From assembly GCA_002869275.1 (NCBI GenBank), contig PKTF01000391.1:1630-65629 (forward strand): a stretch of DNA of 64,000 nucleotides. The letters run 5' to 3'. Position 1 is the first letter of the stretch. The number at the start of each line of letters is the position of its first letter. A program made the position numbers and the translations under genes. The stretch is from Ignavibacteria bacterium (GTDB taxonomy: Bacteria; Bacteroidota; Ignavibacteria; SZUA-365). The notes beneath the pieces are model-generated. The model was not told where the DNA came from, did no database searches, and saw only the letters and a list, made by a program, of their open reading frames with translations. This document shows positions 9,723 through 18,279 of the stretch, one piece after another.

Positions 9723-10136
9723 ATGCGTAAATCTATTGTAATGATCCTGGCAGCACTGCCGTTCCTGGCGGTGAGCGCGTTTGCGCAGGGTCCGAACACG
9801 ACAATGACCCTGCTCTGCAAGACGAGCGACGGACTGGTCACCATCAGCGACCAGCGTATAGCGCTCGCAGACTACAACCTGCAGTTCGATTCGATGATAC
9901 GCGAAGGCGTGGTGCGCTACCGGGATGCCGGTACGGGAGTGACCGCAACTCTCGACGCGCGCGGTGATGAAGGACTGTACATTGAGATCCTGGAAAACGG
10001 CAGCACGATGCTGGTCGTAGCCGATCGTTCGGACGTGCGGTACAGTTTCGACGACAACGGCTCCGAACCCGCGGCCCCCTCACTGACTTCGGTCATGCCG
10101 CACAATGCCGTTCCTGCAGCAACAGAAAGCAAATGA
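9723..10136 (+). CDS. Hypothetical secreted protein
   Basis: 137 aa. AAGGAG lies upstream and the signal peptide is MRKSIVMILAALPFLAVSAFAQ. I recognise no family. A strong terminator follows. Confidence 0.6.
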   Translation: MRKSIVMILAALPFLAVSAFAQGPNTTMTLLCKTSDGLVTISDQRIALADYNLQFDSMIREGVVRYRDAGTGVTATLDARGDEGLYIEILENGSTMLVVADRSDVRYSFDDNGSEPAAPSLTSVMPHNAVPAATESK

Positions 10137-10231
10137 CCAATAACATCAGAAGCACACCTGATGTCAACGATCAAATAGCGTAGCACCTATGGCATAACAA
10201 CGTTCTCATTGCATAATACCTCCGTGCAACA

Positions 10232-10271
10232 ACCAGCCCCGCATTCGCGTGCCACCGCGGGGCTGGTTTTT
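10232..10271 (+). terminator. Intrinsic terminator
   Basis: CCAGCCCCGC-loop-GCGGGGCTGG followed by TTTTTTT. Confidence 0.85.
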
Positions 10272-10284
10272 TTATACCCTTTCG

Positions 10285-10330
10285 TAGTATGCCGTATGCT
10301 ATATGCCGTATGCCATATGCCATATGCCAT
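10285..10330. repeat. Copy of the ATGCCGTA-type dispersed repeat (degenerate short tandem)
   Basis: TAGTATGCCGTATGCTATATGCCGTATGCCATATGCCATATGCCAT. Confidence 0.75.
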
Positions 10331-10403
10331 GATCCTCCTCCTTGAGCCCTGTTCCCTGAGCCATGATCCTGCTCCTTGAGCCTTGTTCCCTGCACCATGA
10401 TCC
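10327..10403. repeat. 34-bp tandem repeat, about 2.3 copies
   Basis: CCATGATCCTCCTCCTTGAGCCCTGTTCCCTGAG / CCATGATCCTGCTCCTTGAGCCTTGTTCCCTGCA / CCATGATCC. It lies between two terminators. Confidence 0.9.
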
Positions 10404-10406
10404 TAC

Positions 10407-10440
10407 AAAAAAACCCCCTCCCGGAAACCGGGAGGGGGTT
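10407..10440 (-). terminator. Intrinsic terminator (bidirectional shape) for the T9SS cargo gene
   Basis: AAAAAAA-CCCCCTCCCGG-AAA-CCGGGAGGGGG-TTTT. It sits about 25 nt past the stop at 10465. Confidence 0.85.
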
Positions 10441-10464
10441 TTGAAATGCGAACTCTGCAGCGTA

Positions 10465-13143
10465 TTAGCGGGTAAGAATCATCTTCTTGGCCGCGATGAA
10501 CGAAGCAGTTCCGTCAACCGGATTGGCTTCCATGCGATAGAGATAGATACCGCTGGCGACGGCCTGACCGAGATTGTTCTCGGCACCCCAGGTCGCGATG
10601 TACTTGCCTGCGGACTGGAAACCGTTGACGAGCGTTGCAACTTCACGACCGAGCATGTCGAACACACGGATGGTGATGTTCGCATCGGACGGGAGGTTGT
10701 AAGCAACGTTCGTGGTCGGGTTGAACGGGTTGGGATAGTTCTGCGTCAGCTCGAAGCTGGCAGGATTGACGATGTCCTCGACAACGCGGCTGGACGGCTT
10801 GCTGTCCTTGACGAGCAGGTTGACCACGGAAAGTTCCGCGACGCGCTCGGCGTGGATGCTGAAGTCATCGCTGCTGCTGAAGACGATCGCGCCATTCGGA
10901 TCGCGAAGCACGGGCTCGCCGCCCGAATTCTTGACCCACTGGTAGAACTGCGCAATGCGATCGCTGTTGCCGTTATCCTTTGCAAAGGAGAATGCGGACT
11001 CGGCACCCTGGGCGAGGCGTGCGATGAACGGGCTGTTCGCCGGGATATCAATCTTGCTGATATCCGGAGTGGCGAGAACACTGTTCATGGCATCGAGCTC
11101 GGGAGAGGTCGCGACCTGCGTGAAGATATCCGTCATCGGATGCTTGTTGAGCTTGACGTCCGGCAGAATTGCGAAGCTGCCGCCGTTGCGTACGTACTCG
11201 CGTGCATCCTGTGCAACGCTGCTGCTGAGATCACCAACCCAGAGGACCTTTCCGTTTTCGGGGAAGTCCACGGAGCCAAGTGCGCGGTCTGCGAACACCA
11301 CGTCCACACCCTGCTGACCGAAGGAAGTGACGATTTCAGACTGAAGTGTGCTGCTGAGCGGACCCTCGCTGATGACGACCATCGGGGCGAAGGGAATATT
11401 GAGCTGACGGCTGTATTCGTTGTTGATCAGGTTCTCATCATCCGGACGCTCAATCACGACGCGGATGGTGTAGCTGCCCGAAGAGAGCGACGGGAAGCTG
11501 AAGACCTGCGTGTCAAGCCACGGTGCCTGCTGCAGGAACACGCGCTTCTCCTGGTAGCCGACAACCGACTGCGTCGCGTTGTCGATCACCCACACCTTAC
11601 CAAAAGTAATCTGGTTCGGCAGGTAGGAGTAATGTGCGTAGGCTGCGAAGTCGACAGTCACATCAAGACCACTGAATCCGTTGTTCGGCCAGATGGCGAA
11701 CACACCGACATCGGACATCTGCACGAAGTTCGGGCGGATCATCTTGGTGTTGAACGCGCGGAAGAAATCAGGATTCCACGATGCGCCACCGTCGAAGGAG
11801 AAGTCCTGCAGGCCGAAGCCGTAGTACTTGCTCAGGAAACCAAGCGGCTCAAAGGGGCTGCCGGTCTGATCCATACCGATTCCGGGACCGGAGGACATGG
11901 GATCGAGGGCGTCAAGACAGAAACCGACGCGGTACTGGCCGGCGGGCAGCGTCACAGGCGGTGAGAACGGGTAGGATACCCACTTGTCACCCTGCGGCGG
12001 GAACATCAGCGGACCGGTGGTGGCCACGATAGCGTTCGTGTTCACGTCCCAGACGTTGACGGTCATGGCGGAAGTCGACGGCATCGGCTCGAGCTCGACG
12101 ACGCTTCCCTGCCAGATATCGACACTGGTGATCGTCTGCGGGGCATAGATCCAGTACACGTTCGCGTCGCACTCGTTGACCGACGGGAACAGCGTGTTCA
12201 TGACCATGCCGTTGTCATAACCGAGCGAACCCGGCGTCACGTCGAGGTCAGCCTCGATCGTGTTGTCGGGAGTCGTCATATAAAGATCGCCACGCATGAA
12301 CGTCGTCACGATTCCGGTGTGCATACCGGTCATGTTACCCAGGTTGAAGGCTGCGTTGACCTCGTAAGCATCCTCTGCGGGGAGACTGCCTTCGAGCGCA
12401 CCGATCACCGTCGTGTTGTTGGTCGGGTATTTATGCTTGGCGGTCAGGTTGACCACACCAGGTGTCTGGCTGTTCTGGAAGTACACCTTCGCATTGACGA
12501 TGTTGCCCAACGGACGGAAACCCTGCACCGTGTAGGGCGGGACCGTCGTCACGTCACCAACATAACCGAGAGGATTGAGAGTCGAGGACCCGGCGTAGTT
12601 CAGATCGACGCCCATGCGGATGTCGCGATAGTCGTCGTACCGGTTGAAAATCAGTCCCCAGGAAACCAACACACCGTTGTCGCCGGGCAGGTTGTCCGTG
12701 ACACTCAGCGTCCATGCACCGCGGGGGTCGCCGGCGACCGGCAGAGCGCTCTCGGGCATGTACACGCCGCGGAAGTATGCGGTGACGTTCGTCGGCGCGT
12801 TGATCGCGACACCGGGAATCGCCATTCCGGGGTTACTGTCAAAAATCGTGTTCTCGTAATTCGCACCTGCAAGACCGTTCTGCGTCGACAGTGTGTAGGT
12901 GCCTGTGGGACCCGACAGCGTGATCGTAAGATCGGCAGCTGCCGGATGATCAATGTCGACCATCACGGAAAGGGTGGAAATCGTGAATTGATCGGGAACA
13001 TCGATCATACTGGAGGTTGTGCTGAAATCCACGATGGGAACCGGCGTATTCCTGAAGTATTCGTATTCCCTCTGGGCTTGCGCCGTGAGGGTCATCAGGA
13101 AAGCGAGAGCCACCAACGTGACAGATAGCCTAACAACTTTCAT
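10465..13143 (-). CDS. Secreted protein with an N-terminal proprotein-convertase P-domain and a T9SS C-terminal sorting domain
   Basis: 892 aa with signal peptide ...LMTLTAQAQ. The P-domain signature is LSVMVDIDHPAAADLTITLSGPTGTYTL. The C-terminus YPNPFNPTTNVAYNLPSDANITIRVFDMLGREVATLV...GIYLYRMEA is a type-A T9SS CTD. Confidence 0.85.
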   Translation of the reverse strand: MKVVRLSVTLVALAFLMTLTAQAQREYEYFRNTPVPIVDFSTTSSMIDVPDQFTISTLSVMVDIDHPAAADLTITLSGPTGTYTLSTQNGLAGANYENTIFDSNPGMAIPGVAINAPTNVTAYFRGVYMPESALPVAGDPRGAWTLSVTDNLPGDNGVLVSWGLIFNRYDDYRDIRMGVDLNYAGSSTLNPLGYVGDVTTVPPYTVQGFRPLGNIVNAKVYFQNSQTPGVVNLTAKHKYPTNNTTVIGALEGSLPAEDAYEVNAAFNLGNMTGMHTGIVTTFMRGDLYMTTPDNTIEADLDVTPGSLGYDNGMVMNTLFPSVNECDANVYWIYAPQTITSVDIWQGSVVELEPMPSTSAMTVNVWDVNTNAIVATTGPLMFPPQGDKWVSYPFSPPVTLPAGQYRVGFCLDALDPMSSGPGIGMDQTGSPFEPLGFLSKYYGFGLQDFSFDGGASWNPDFFRAFNTKMIRPNFVQMSDVGVFAIWPNNGFSGLDVTVDFAAYAHYSYLPNQITFGKVWVIDNATQSVVGYQEKRVFLQQAPWLDTQVFSFPSLSSGSYTIRVVIERPDDENLINNEYSRQLNIPFAPMVVISEGPLSSTLQSEIVTSFGQQGVDVVFADRALGSVDFPENGKVLWVGDLSSSVAQDAREYVRNGGSFAILPDVKLNKHPMTDIFTQVATSPELDAMNSVLATPDISKIDIPANSPFIARLAQGAESAFSFAKDNGNSDRIAQFYQWVKNSGGEPVLRDPNGAIVFSSSDDFSIHAERVAELSVVNLLVKDSKPSSRVVEDIVNPASFELTQNYPNPFNPTTNVAYNLPSDANITIRVFDMLGREVATLVNGFQSAGKYIATWGAENNLGQAVASGIYLYRMEANPVDGTASFIAAKKMILTR

Positions 13144-13495
13144 TTAATCCTCCGATGGGGTTATGAATGATGAATAGGATTGAATAGCATACCATTTAAA
13201 GTCAACGATAGTGTTCAAACTACCATTTACCGCCTGTAAAGTCAAGCAAATGGGGATCTGAAGAGGCTTCGGCCGAACAACAGCCTTGCTGCTCAGCCTG
13301 AGCGCTGGATACCAGGTTTTTCCCTGAAATCGCCACCTATCGATGATCTACAATTCGCTAAAAAGAATACCATTCAGCGCGTCCAATGTCAATAGAAAGG
13401 GAAAAAATGAATTTCTTCTCCGTGACCCTGTTTTCGAGGCTTCATGCACGGCGGGTACTTGCAATTCCTGACCTGTATCGGCATCTTTAAATGAT

Positions 13496-14266
13496 ATGCA
13501 GGAGACGACGCAAACAATAAAGCCACTGTATTTCCTGTCCGATGTGCACCTCGGTGTGTCCGATACGGATACGGAACAGGAAAAACTCCGCCTGCTGATG
13601 CAGATTCTTGAAGAGGTGCGCAGCAAGGCGGCAGGGCTTTATATCGTTGGCGATCTCTTTGACTTCTGGTACGAATACCGCTCCGTCATCCCCCGCGGCT
13701 ATCACCGGCTCTACGCGGCCCTCGAAGAGTTGCGCCGTTCCGAGGTGACCGTAACCTACCTCGCCGGGAATCACGATTTCGCCATCAATGGTTTTTTTTC
13801 GAGGGACCTGGACGTGAACGTCGTGCGCGACGATCTCGCATTCGAGTACGGCGGAAAGCGTTTTTACCTGTATCATGGCGACGGACTCGCACAGCGAGAC
13901 GGCGGGTACCGCATGCTCAAACGCGTTCTGCGCAATCCCGTATCCCAGTGGGCCTTTCGCCTCCTCCATCCTGATGTTGGTTTCGGCCTCGCCCGCCGCT
14001 TCTCACACAGCAGCCGCGATTTCACCTCCGGAAAGGTGTACGGTGAAACAGACGGCATGCGCATCGAAGCGGAACGCCGCATCGCCTCGGGCGCGGATTT
14101 CGTCATCATGGGCCACCGGCACCTGCCCGCGCGCGAGAAGATCGACGGCGGGATGTATATCAATCTCGGCGACTGGATACGGCATTACAGCTATGCCGTG
14201 TTCACCGACGGTGACATTTCCCTCTACACCATCAAGCAAGGAACGCAGGAGCTGCTCACGCTATGA
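13496..14266 (+). CDS. lpxH: UDP-2,3-diacylglucosamine diphosphatase (LpxH-type metallophosphoesterase)
   Basis: LYFLSDVHLG, LYIVGDLFDFWYEY, YLAGNHDF and VIMGHRH motifs are present. The length (256 aa) and motif order match LpxH. Confidence 0.75.
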   Translation: MQETTQTIKPLYFLSDVHLGVSDTDTEQEKLRLLMQILEEVRSKAAGLYIVGDLFDFWYEYRSVIPRGYHRLYAALEELRRSEVTVTYLAGNHDFAINGFFSRDLDVNVVRDDLAFEYGGKRFYLYHGDGLAQRDGGYRMLKRVLRNPVSQWAFRLLHPDVGFGLARRFSHSSRDFTSGKVYGETDGMRIEAERRIASGADFVIMGHRHLPAREKIDGGMYINLGDWIRHYSYAVFTDGDISLYTIKQGTQELLTL

Positions 14267-16470
14267 CCGTCACGCCAAGGGTTTTCTGGTCCATCGCCCT
14301 CCCGGTTATCATCGTCTTCGGGGGCGGCTGGCTGTTTCTCTCCTATCTCTCAGACGGACTGCCCTCTCTCGAGGAACTCGAGAATCCGCGTCCCCCCTTC
14401 GCTACGCGCGTGTTTTCCGCCGACGGCGTAGTCATCGACCGCTTCTTCGAGGAAAACCGCTCCCGCATCACGAGTCTCGACAGCGTGCCGCGCCCCTTCC
14501 TCGAAGCTCTGCTTTCGACCGAAGACCGGCGTTTCTACAACCACTGGGGCGTCGACGTCCGCGGCGTCTTCGGCGTGCTCGTCGAACGCGTGCTGAGCCT
14601 TTCGATCAGCGGACGCGGCGCGAGCACCATCACACAGCAGCTCGCGCGCCTGCTCTACCTCACACGCGAGGTCACGATCACCCGCAAGCTGCGCGAGATG
14701 ATGACCGCGGTGCAGATCGAGCAGCGGTACACCAAGGATGAAATCCTCATCATGTACCTCAACGTGGCGCCGTTCGGACGCGGAGCATACGGATTGCAAT
14801 CCGCCGCGATGGTGTACTTCGGCAAAATCCCGCAGCAGCTCACCAAGTCTGAATGCGCCTTTCTCGTCGGCACCCTCGCAAATCCCACGCATTACGATCC
14901 CCGGCGCAGCCACGGTCGCGCAATGTACCGGCGTAATGTGGTACTGCTGAACATGGTCGATGCCGGCTACCTCGATGAGGGCGAATTCCTTGACATGAAA
15001 CAGGATTCGATCTTCACCCAGTCGCGCACACGCTCGGCAGGAATCGCGCCGCACTTCGTGGAATTCGTCCGGCAGCAGCTCCGCGAAAAAGCAGAACGCT
15101 ACGGCTTCAACCTGTACCGCGACGGACTGTCTGTCTATACGACCCTCGACAGCCGTATGCAGGAGCATGCGAACCGCGCGGTAATGGAACACCTTCTCCC
15201 CTTCCAGGAACAGTTCGACAGGCGCTGGAACTGGAATTCGCCGTCCCGGCGCGCCATTCTCGGCACTGCTATCCGTATCGCGATCAAGGCGCATCCGGAA
15301 TACACATCGGCGCCGAACGCAGATGCCCGCGAAGTCGTCGCCATCCGCCTGCGCGGCAGCAAGCGTTTCGTCGATTCGGTAAAACACATCCTGACCAGCA
15401 TCCAGGTCGGTTTCGTCGCGGTGGATCCGCAAACAGGCGAGATCAAGGCGATGGTCGGCAATGCGGCGATGGATTTCCGCTACGGTCTCAACCACGTGAC
15501 ACAGATTACCCGGCAGCCGGGATCCACATTCAAGCCGTTCATTTACACTGTTGCGATTGACAACGGATACAGCCCCGCATACCAGCTTTCGAATGAAGCG
15601 ATCTCCTTCACCGACGGATCGGGGAAGCTGTGGCAGCCTCGAAATTTCGGTGGTGAAACCGGGGGCATGTATTCGCTGCGTGCCGGATTGAAAAACTCGG
15701 TAAACCTCGTCGCGATCCGCACCATCATGGAAATCGCTCCGGCCGAGGAAGTCGTACGCTACGCCCGCAGAATGGGCATCGAAACACCCCTCCGTCCGGT
15801 ACCCTCCCTGGCCATCGGTACGTCCGAAGTGGTCCCGCTTCAGATCATCTCTTCCTACGGCGCGTTCGCCAACGAGGGAATTTACGCGAAACCCTTCGGG
15901 ATCCTCCGTATCGAGGACAGGGACGGCCGCGTGATTGAAAACAACACCAGCGAGATTCGCGAAGTCCTCAGCAAGGAAACCGCCTTCATCATGACGAGCA
16001 TGCTAAAGTCGGTCATGAACGGCGGTACCGGTTCCGGCACGCGACGCTGGTTCCACGGACCGGCGGGCGGCAAGACCGGCACGACACAGGATTATGCAGA
16101 TGCCTGGTTCATCGGGTTCACTCCGAATCTCGTTGCCGGCGTGTGGACTGGTTTCGACGACCGCCGCATCACCTTCACGGGCTCCTACGGCCAGGGAAGT
16201 GTCGCTGCGGCGCCGATCTGGGGCCGCTTCATGAAATACGTCTACACCGACAAACGCATTCCGCTGAAAATCCGCGACTTCGTCATGCCCGAGGGCGTGA
16301 CGCAGGAAAAAATCTGCGTCGAGTCGCAGAACCTCGCGAATCCTTTCTGTCCGCACACTGTCGTCGAGTTCATCAACAGCAAGTATTTCCCGGGATACTG
16401 CACGGTGCATACGGCAGCATCTTCGCCAGATAATATTTCTGAGCCCGAGGAACGGACGATCGAGTATTGA
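14263..16470 (+). CDS. mrcA: Class A penicillin-binding protein (PBP1A; transglycosylase + transpeptidase)
   Basis: 735 aa with an N-terminal TM helix. GT51 motifs are EDRRFYNHWGVD and GASTITQQLAR. The transpeptidase motif is GSTFKP (SxxK), with KTGTT near the C-terminus. The start overlaps the lpxH stop (ATGA). Confidence 0.95.
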   Translation: MTVTPRVFWSIALPVIIVFGGGWLFLSYLSDGLPSLEELENPRPPFATRVFSADGVVIDRFFEENRSRITSLDSVPRPFLEALLSTEDRRFYNHWGVDVRGVFGVLVERVLSLSISGRGASTITQQLARLLYLTREVTITRKLREMMTAVQIEQRYTKDEILIMYLNVAPFGRGAYGLQSAAMVYFGKIPQQLTKSECAFLVGTLANPTHYDPRRSHGRAMYRRNVVLLNMVDAGYLDEGEFLDMKQDSIFTQSRTRSAGIAPHFVEFVRQQLREKAERYGFNLYRDGLSVYTTLDSRMQEHANRAVMEHLLPFQEQFDRRWNWNSPSRRAILGTAIRIAIKAHPEYTSAPNADAREVVAIRLRGSKRFVDSVKHILTSIQVGFVAVDPQTGEIKAMVGNAAMDFRYGLNHVTQITRQPGSTFKPFIYTVAIDNGYSPAYQLSNEAISFTDGSGKLWQPRNFGGETGGMYSLRAGLKNSVNLVAIRTIMEIAPAEEVVRYARRMGIETPLRPVPSLAIGTSEVVPLQIISSYGAFANEGIYAKPFGILRIEDRDGRVIENNTSEIREVLSKETAFIMTSMLKSVMNGGTGSGTRRWFHGPAGGKTGTTQDYADAWFIGFTPNLVAGVWTGFDDRRITFTGSYGQGSVAAAPIWGRFMKYVYTDKRIPLKIRDFVMPEGVTQEKICVESQNLANPFCPHTVVEFINSKYFPGYCTVHTAASSPDNISEPEERTIEY

Positions 16471-16610
16471 TCAGCATCCCGTCAGGTCCAACGTACCAGA
16501 CGCTGCGCAGTATTGCGTCGCGTTCCGGCAGGCTGTACTTTATTGACCGATTCCCACTACAATAGCTCAACAAGCAGTACTATTTTTTATCTCAATTTCA
16601 CGGAGTACGT

Positions 16611-17267
16611 ATGAAAACGTCGATTCCCCTGATGTTGGTTTTGGGTTTCCTGTCCATATCACTGTTGACCGCCTGCGGCGGAGGTGATCAGAAAAGCGAC
16701 CTCGAAAAGCTGTCCGACGCCGCTGAGGAAATGGCGGATCAGGCCGAAAACCTTGCGGACCAGGCACAGGACATGACGACAGGCATGACCGATGACCGCG
16801 AACCCCAGCCGGCCGTGCACTTCAAAGTCCTGATGAACTACCTGCCCGACGGTTTCGGCGATCTCGAGCGCGGCGAACCCCGGGGCGAGAAGGCCTCGAT
16901 GGGCAACTGGACGTATTCCTCCGCCGAGGTGGATTTCACCGGAATGGACAACAGTAACGCCAATGTCGAGATTTTCGACTATGCCTACATTTCGATGCTG
17001 TATGCATCGTTCAACATGATTTTCAAGATGGGCTTCGAGCAGGAATCGTCGGAAGGATACGAGCGCACGACGGAAATCGCGGGTTCACCGGCCATCGAGA
17101 AATGGGAAGAAGCCGGGCAGCACGCGGAAGCAACTGTCCTGGTCGTCGAACGTTTCATCGTTACCGTGACAACTCGCAACCTGCCGCATGACATGCCTCG
17201 TCAGATCATCGAGACAATGGACCTCAGCGGTCTGGCCAAGGAAACCGCCGACAAGCCGCCGGCATAA
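16611..17267 (+). CDS. Hypothetical lipoprotein
   Basis: GGAG lies upstream. The lipobox is LSISLLTAC|GGGD. The protein is 218 aa and I recognise no family. Confidence 0.65.
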   Translation: MKTSIPLMLVLGFLSISLLTACGGGDQKSDLEKLSDAAEEMADQAENLADQAQDMTTGMTDDREPQPAVHFKVLMNYLPDGFGDLERGEPRGEKASMGNWTYSSAEVDFTGMDNSNANVEIFDYAYISMLYASFNMIFKMGFEQESSEGYERTTEIAGSPAIEKWEEAGQHAEATVLVVERFIVTVTTRNLPHDMPRQIIETMDLSGLAKETADKPPA

Positions 17268-17293
17268 TTCCGTGTCGTAAAACCGCCAAATGC

Positions 17294-17342
17294 GCGGCCC
17301 CGGCTGCAGTACATCGATGCTGCGCCGGGGCCGTTTTTTTTT
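17294..17342 (+). terminator. Intrinsic terminator
   Basis: CGGCCCCGGC ... GCCGGGGCCG followed by TTTTTTTTT. Confidence 0.85.
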
Positions 17343-17358
17343 CACAACAATGTGTGCG

Positions 17359-18273
17359 TCACCGTTCGGGATGGAGGACAGTCCGCAGCCACTGCGCCGC
17401 GGCGAACACGCGTGGGCCCGGACGAAGGAACATGTCGGCGTTCACTGCATGCATGCGTCGTTCGCGAACAGCGGTTATTTCTTTCCACTCCGGATACCGG
17501 GAAACCAGGTCGCGCACGCCAAGATGCATGTCGTCCGGAAACAACAGCACGTCGGGATCGAGGGCCAGGACGGATTCACGGCTGAGCGTGGGATAGTGTC
17601 CGGGCAGCTCGGCCGCAGCATTGCGCCCGCCACCTGTTTCGATGATTTCATCCAGGAAAGTTTCGCGTCCGGCAACCATGATCGGCTGAGTCGATACCAG
17701 CACCAGGACGCCCGGTCGCTCCGCCGGCTGATTCGCGAGCAGCTGCTTCCGCAGCAGACGCAGCGAATCGACCAGTTCGCGGGCCCTGTGCGGCCGTGCC
17801 GTAAGCTGCCCCAGATCCGCCAGCGATTTACAGACCCCCTCCATGCTGCGGGGATTGGAGACGAAGAGCCGCAGCCCCATGCGCTCCATCGCCGTGAAGC
17901 TTCTTTGCGTGTTGCCTTCGACGGAGATCAGGACAAGGTCCGCGTCAAGGGACAGGATACGTTCAAGGTTCGGCGTCAGGAGATCTCCGACGACAGGAAC
18001 GCCGCTTACGCGTGGCGGGTAATTGCAGGCGCTGGTCACACCGGCAACAAGGCTGTCGGCTCCGAGCGCGAACAGCGATTCAGTGAGGCTCGGAGCGAGG
18101 CTGACGATTCGTCGGGGGGCTGCCTCGAATCGTACGACGCGGCCAAGGTCATCGGTGAGCTCGAACGCCGCCTCTTCCTGCTCATGTGAAGGCCGGCTGC
18201 ATCCTGCTCCCTGCAGAAGAAGCAGGAGAGTCAGAACCGCCGGCCATAACACTGTCCGATTGCGGAACATCAT
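17359..18273 (-). CDS. Periplasmic substrate-binding lipoprotein, Peripla_BP_2 / BtuF-FhuD class
   Basis: 304 aa with lipobox LLLQGAGC. RIVSLAPSLTESLFALGADSLVAGVT...NLERILSLDADLVL is the typical cobalamin/siderophore-type ABC binding-protein pattern. Confidence 0.7.
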   Translation of the reverse strand: MMFRNRTVLWPAVLTLLLLLQGAGCSRPSHEQEEAAFELTDDLGRVVRFEAAPRRIVSLAPSLTESLFALGADSLVAGVTSACNYPPRVSGVPVVGDLLTPNLERILSLDADLVLISVEGNTQRSFTAMERMGLRLFVSNPRSMEGVCKSLADLGQLTARPHRARELVDSLRLLRKQLLANQPAERPGVLVLVSTQPIMVAGRETFLDEIIETGGGRNAAAELPGHYPTLSRESVLALDPDVLLFPDDMHLGVRDLVSRYPEWKEITAVRERRMHAVNADMFLRPGPRVFAAAQWLRTVLHPER

Positions 18274-18279
18274 GAATAC

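Noticed and set aside
10327-10403. Possible CRISPR array or minisatellite
   Set aside because: There are only about 2.3 directly abutting 34-bp units with no spacers and no cas genes in the window. It is reported as a plain tandem repeat instead.
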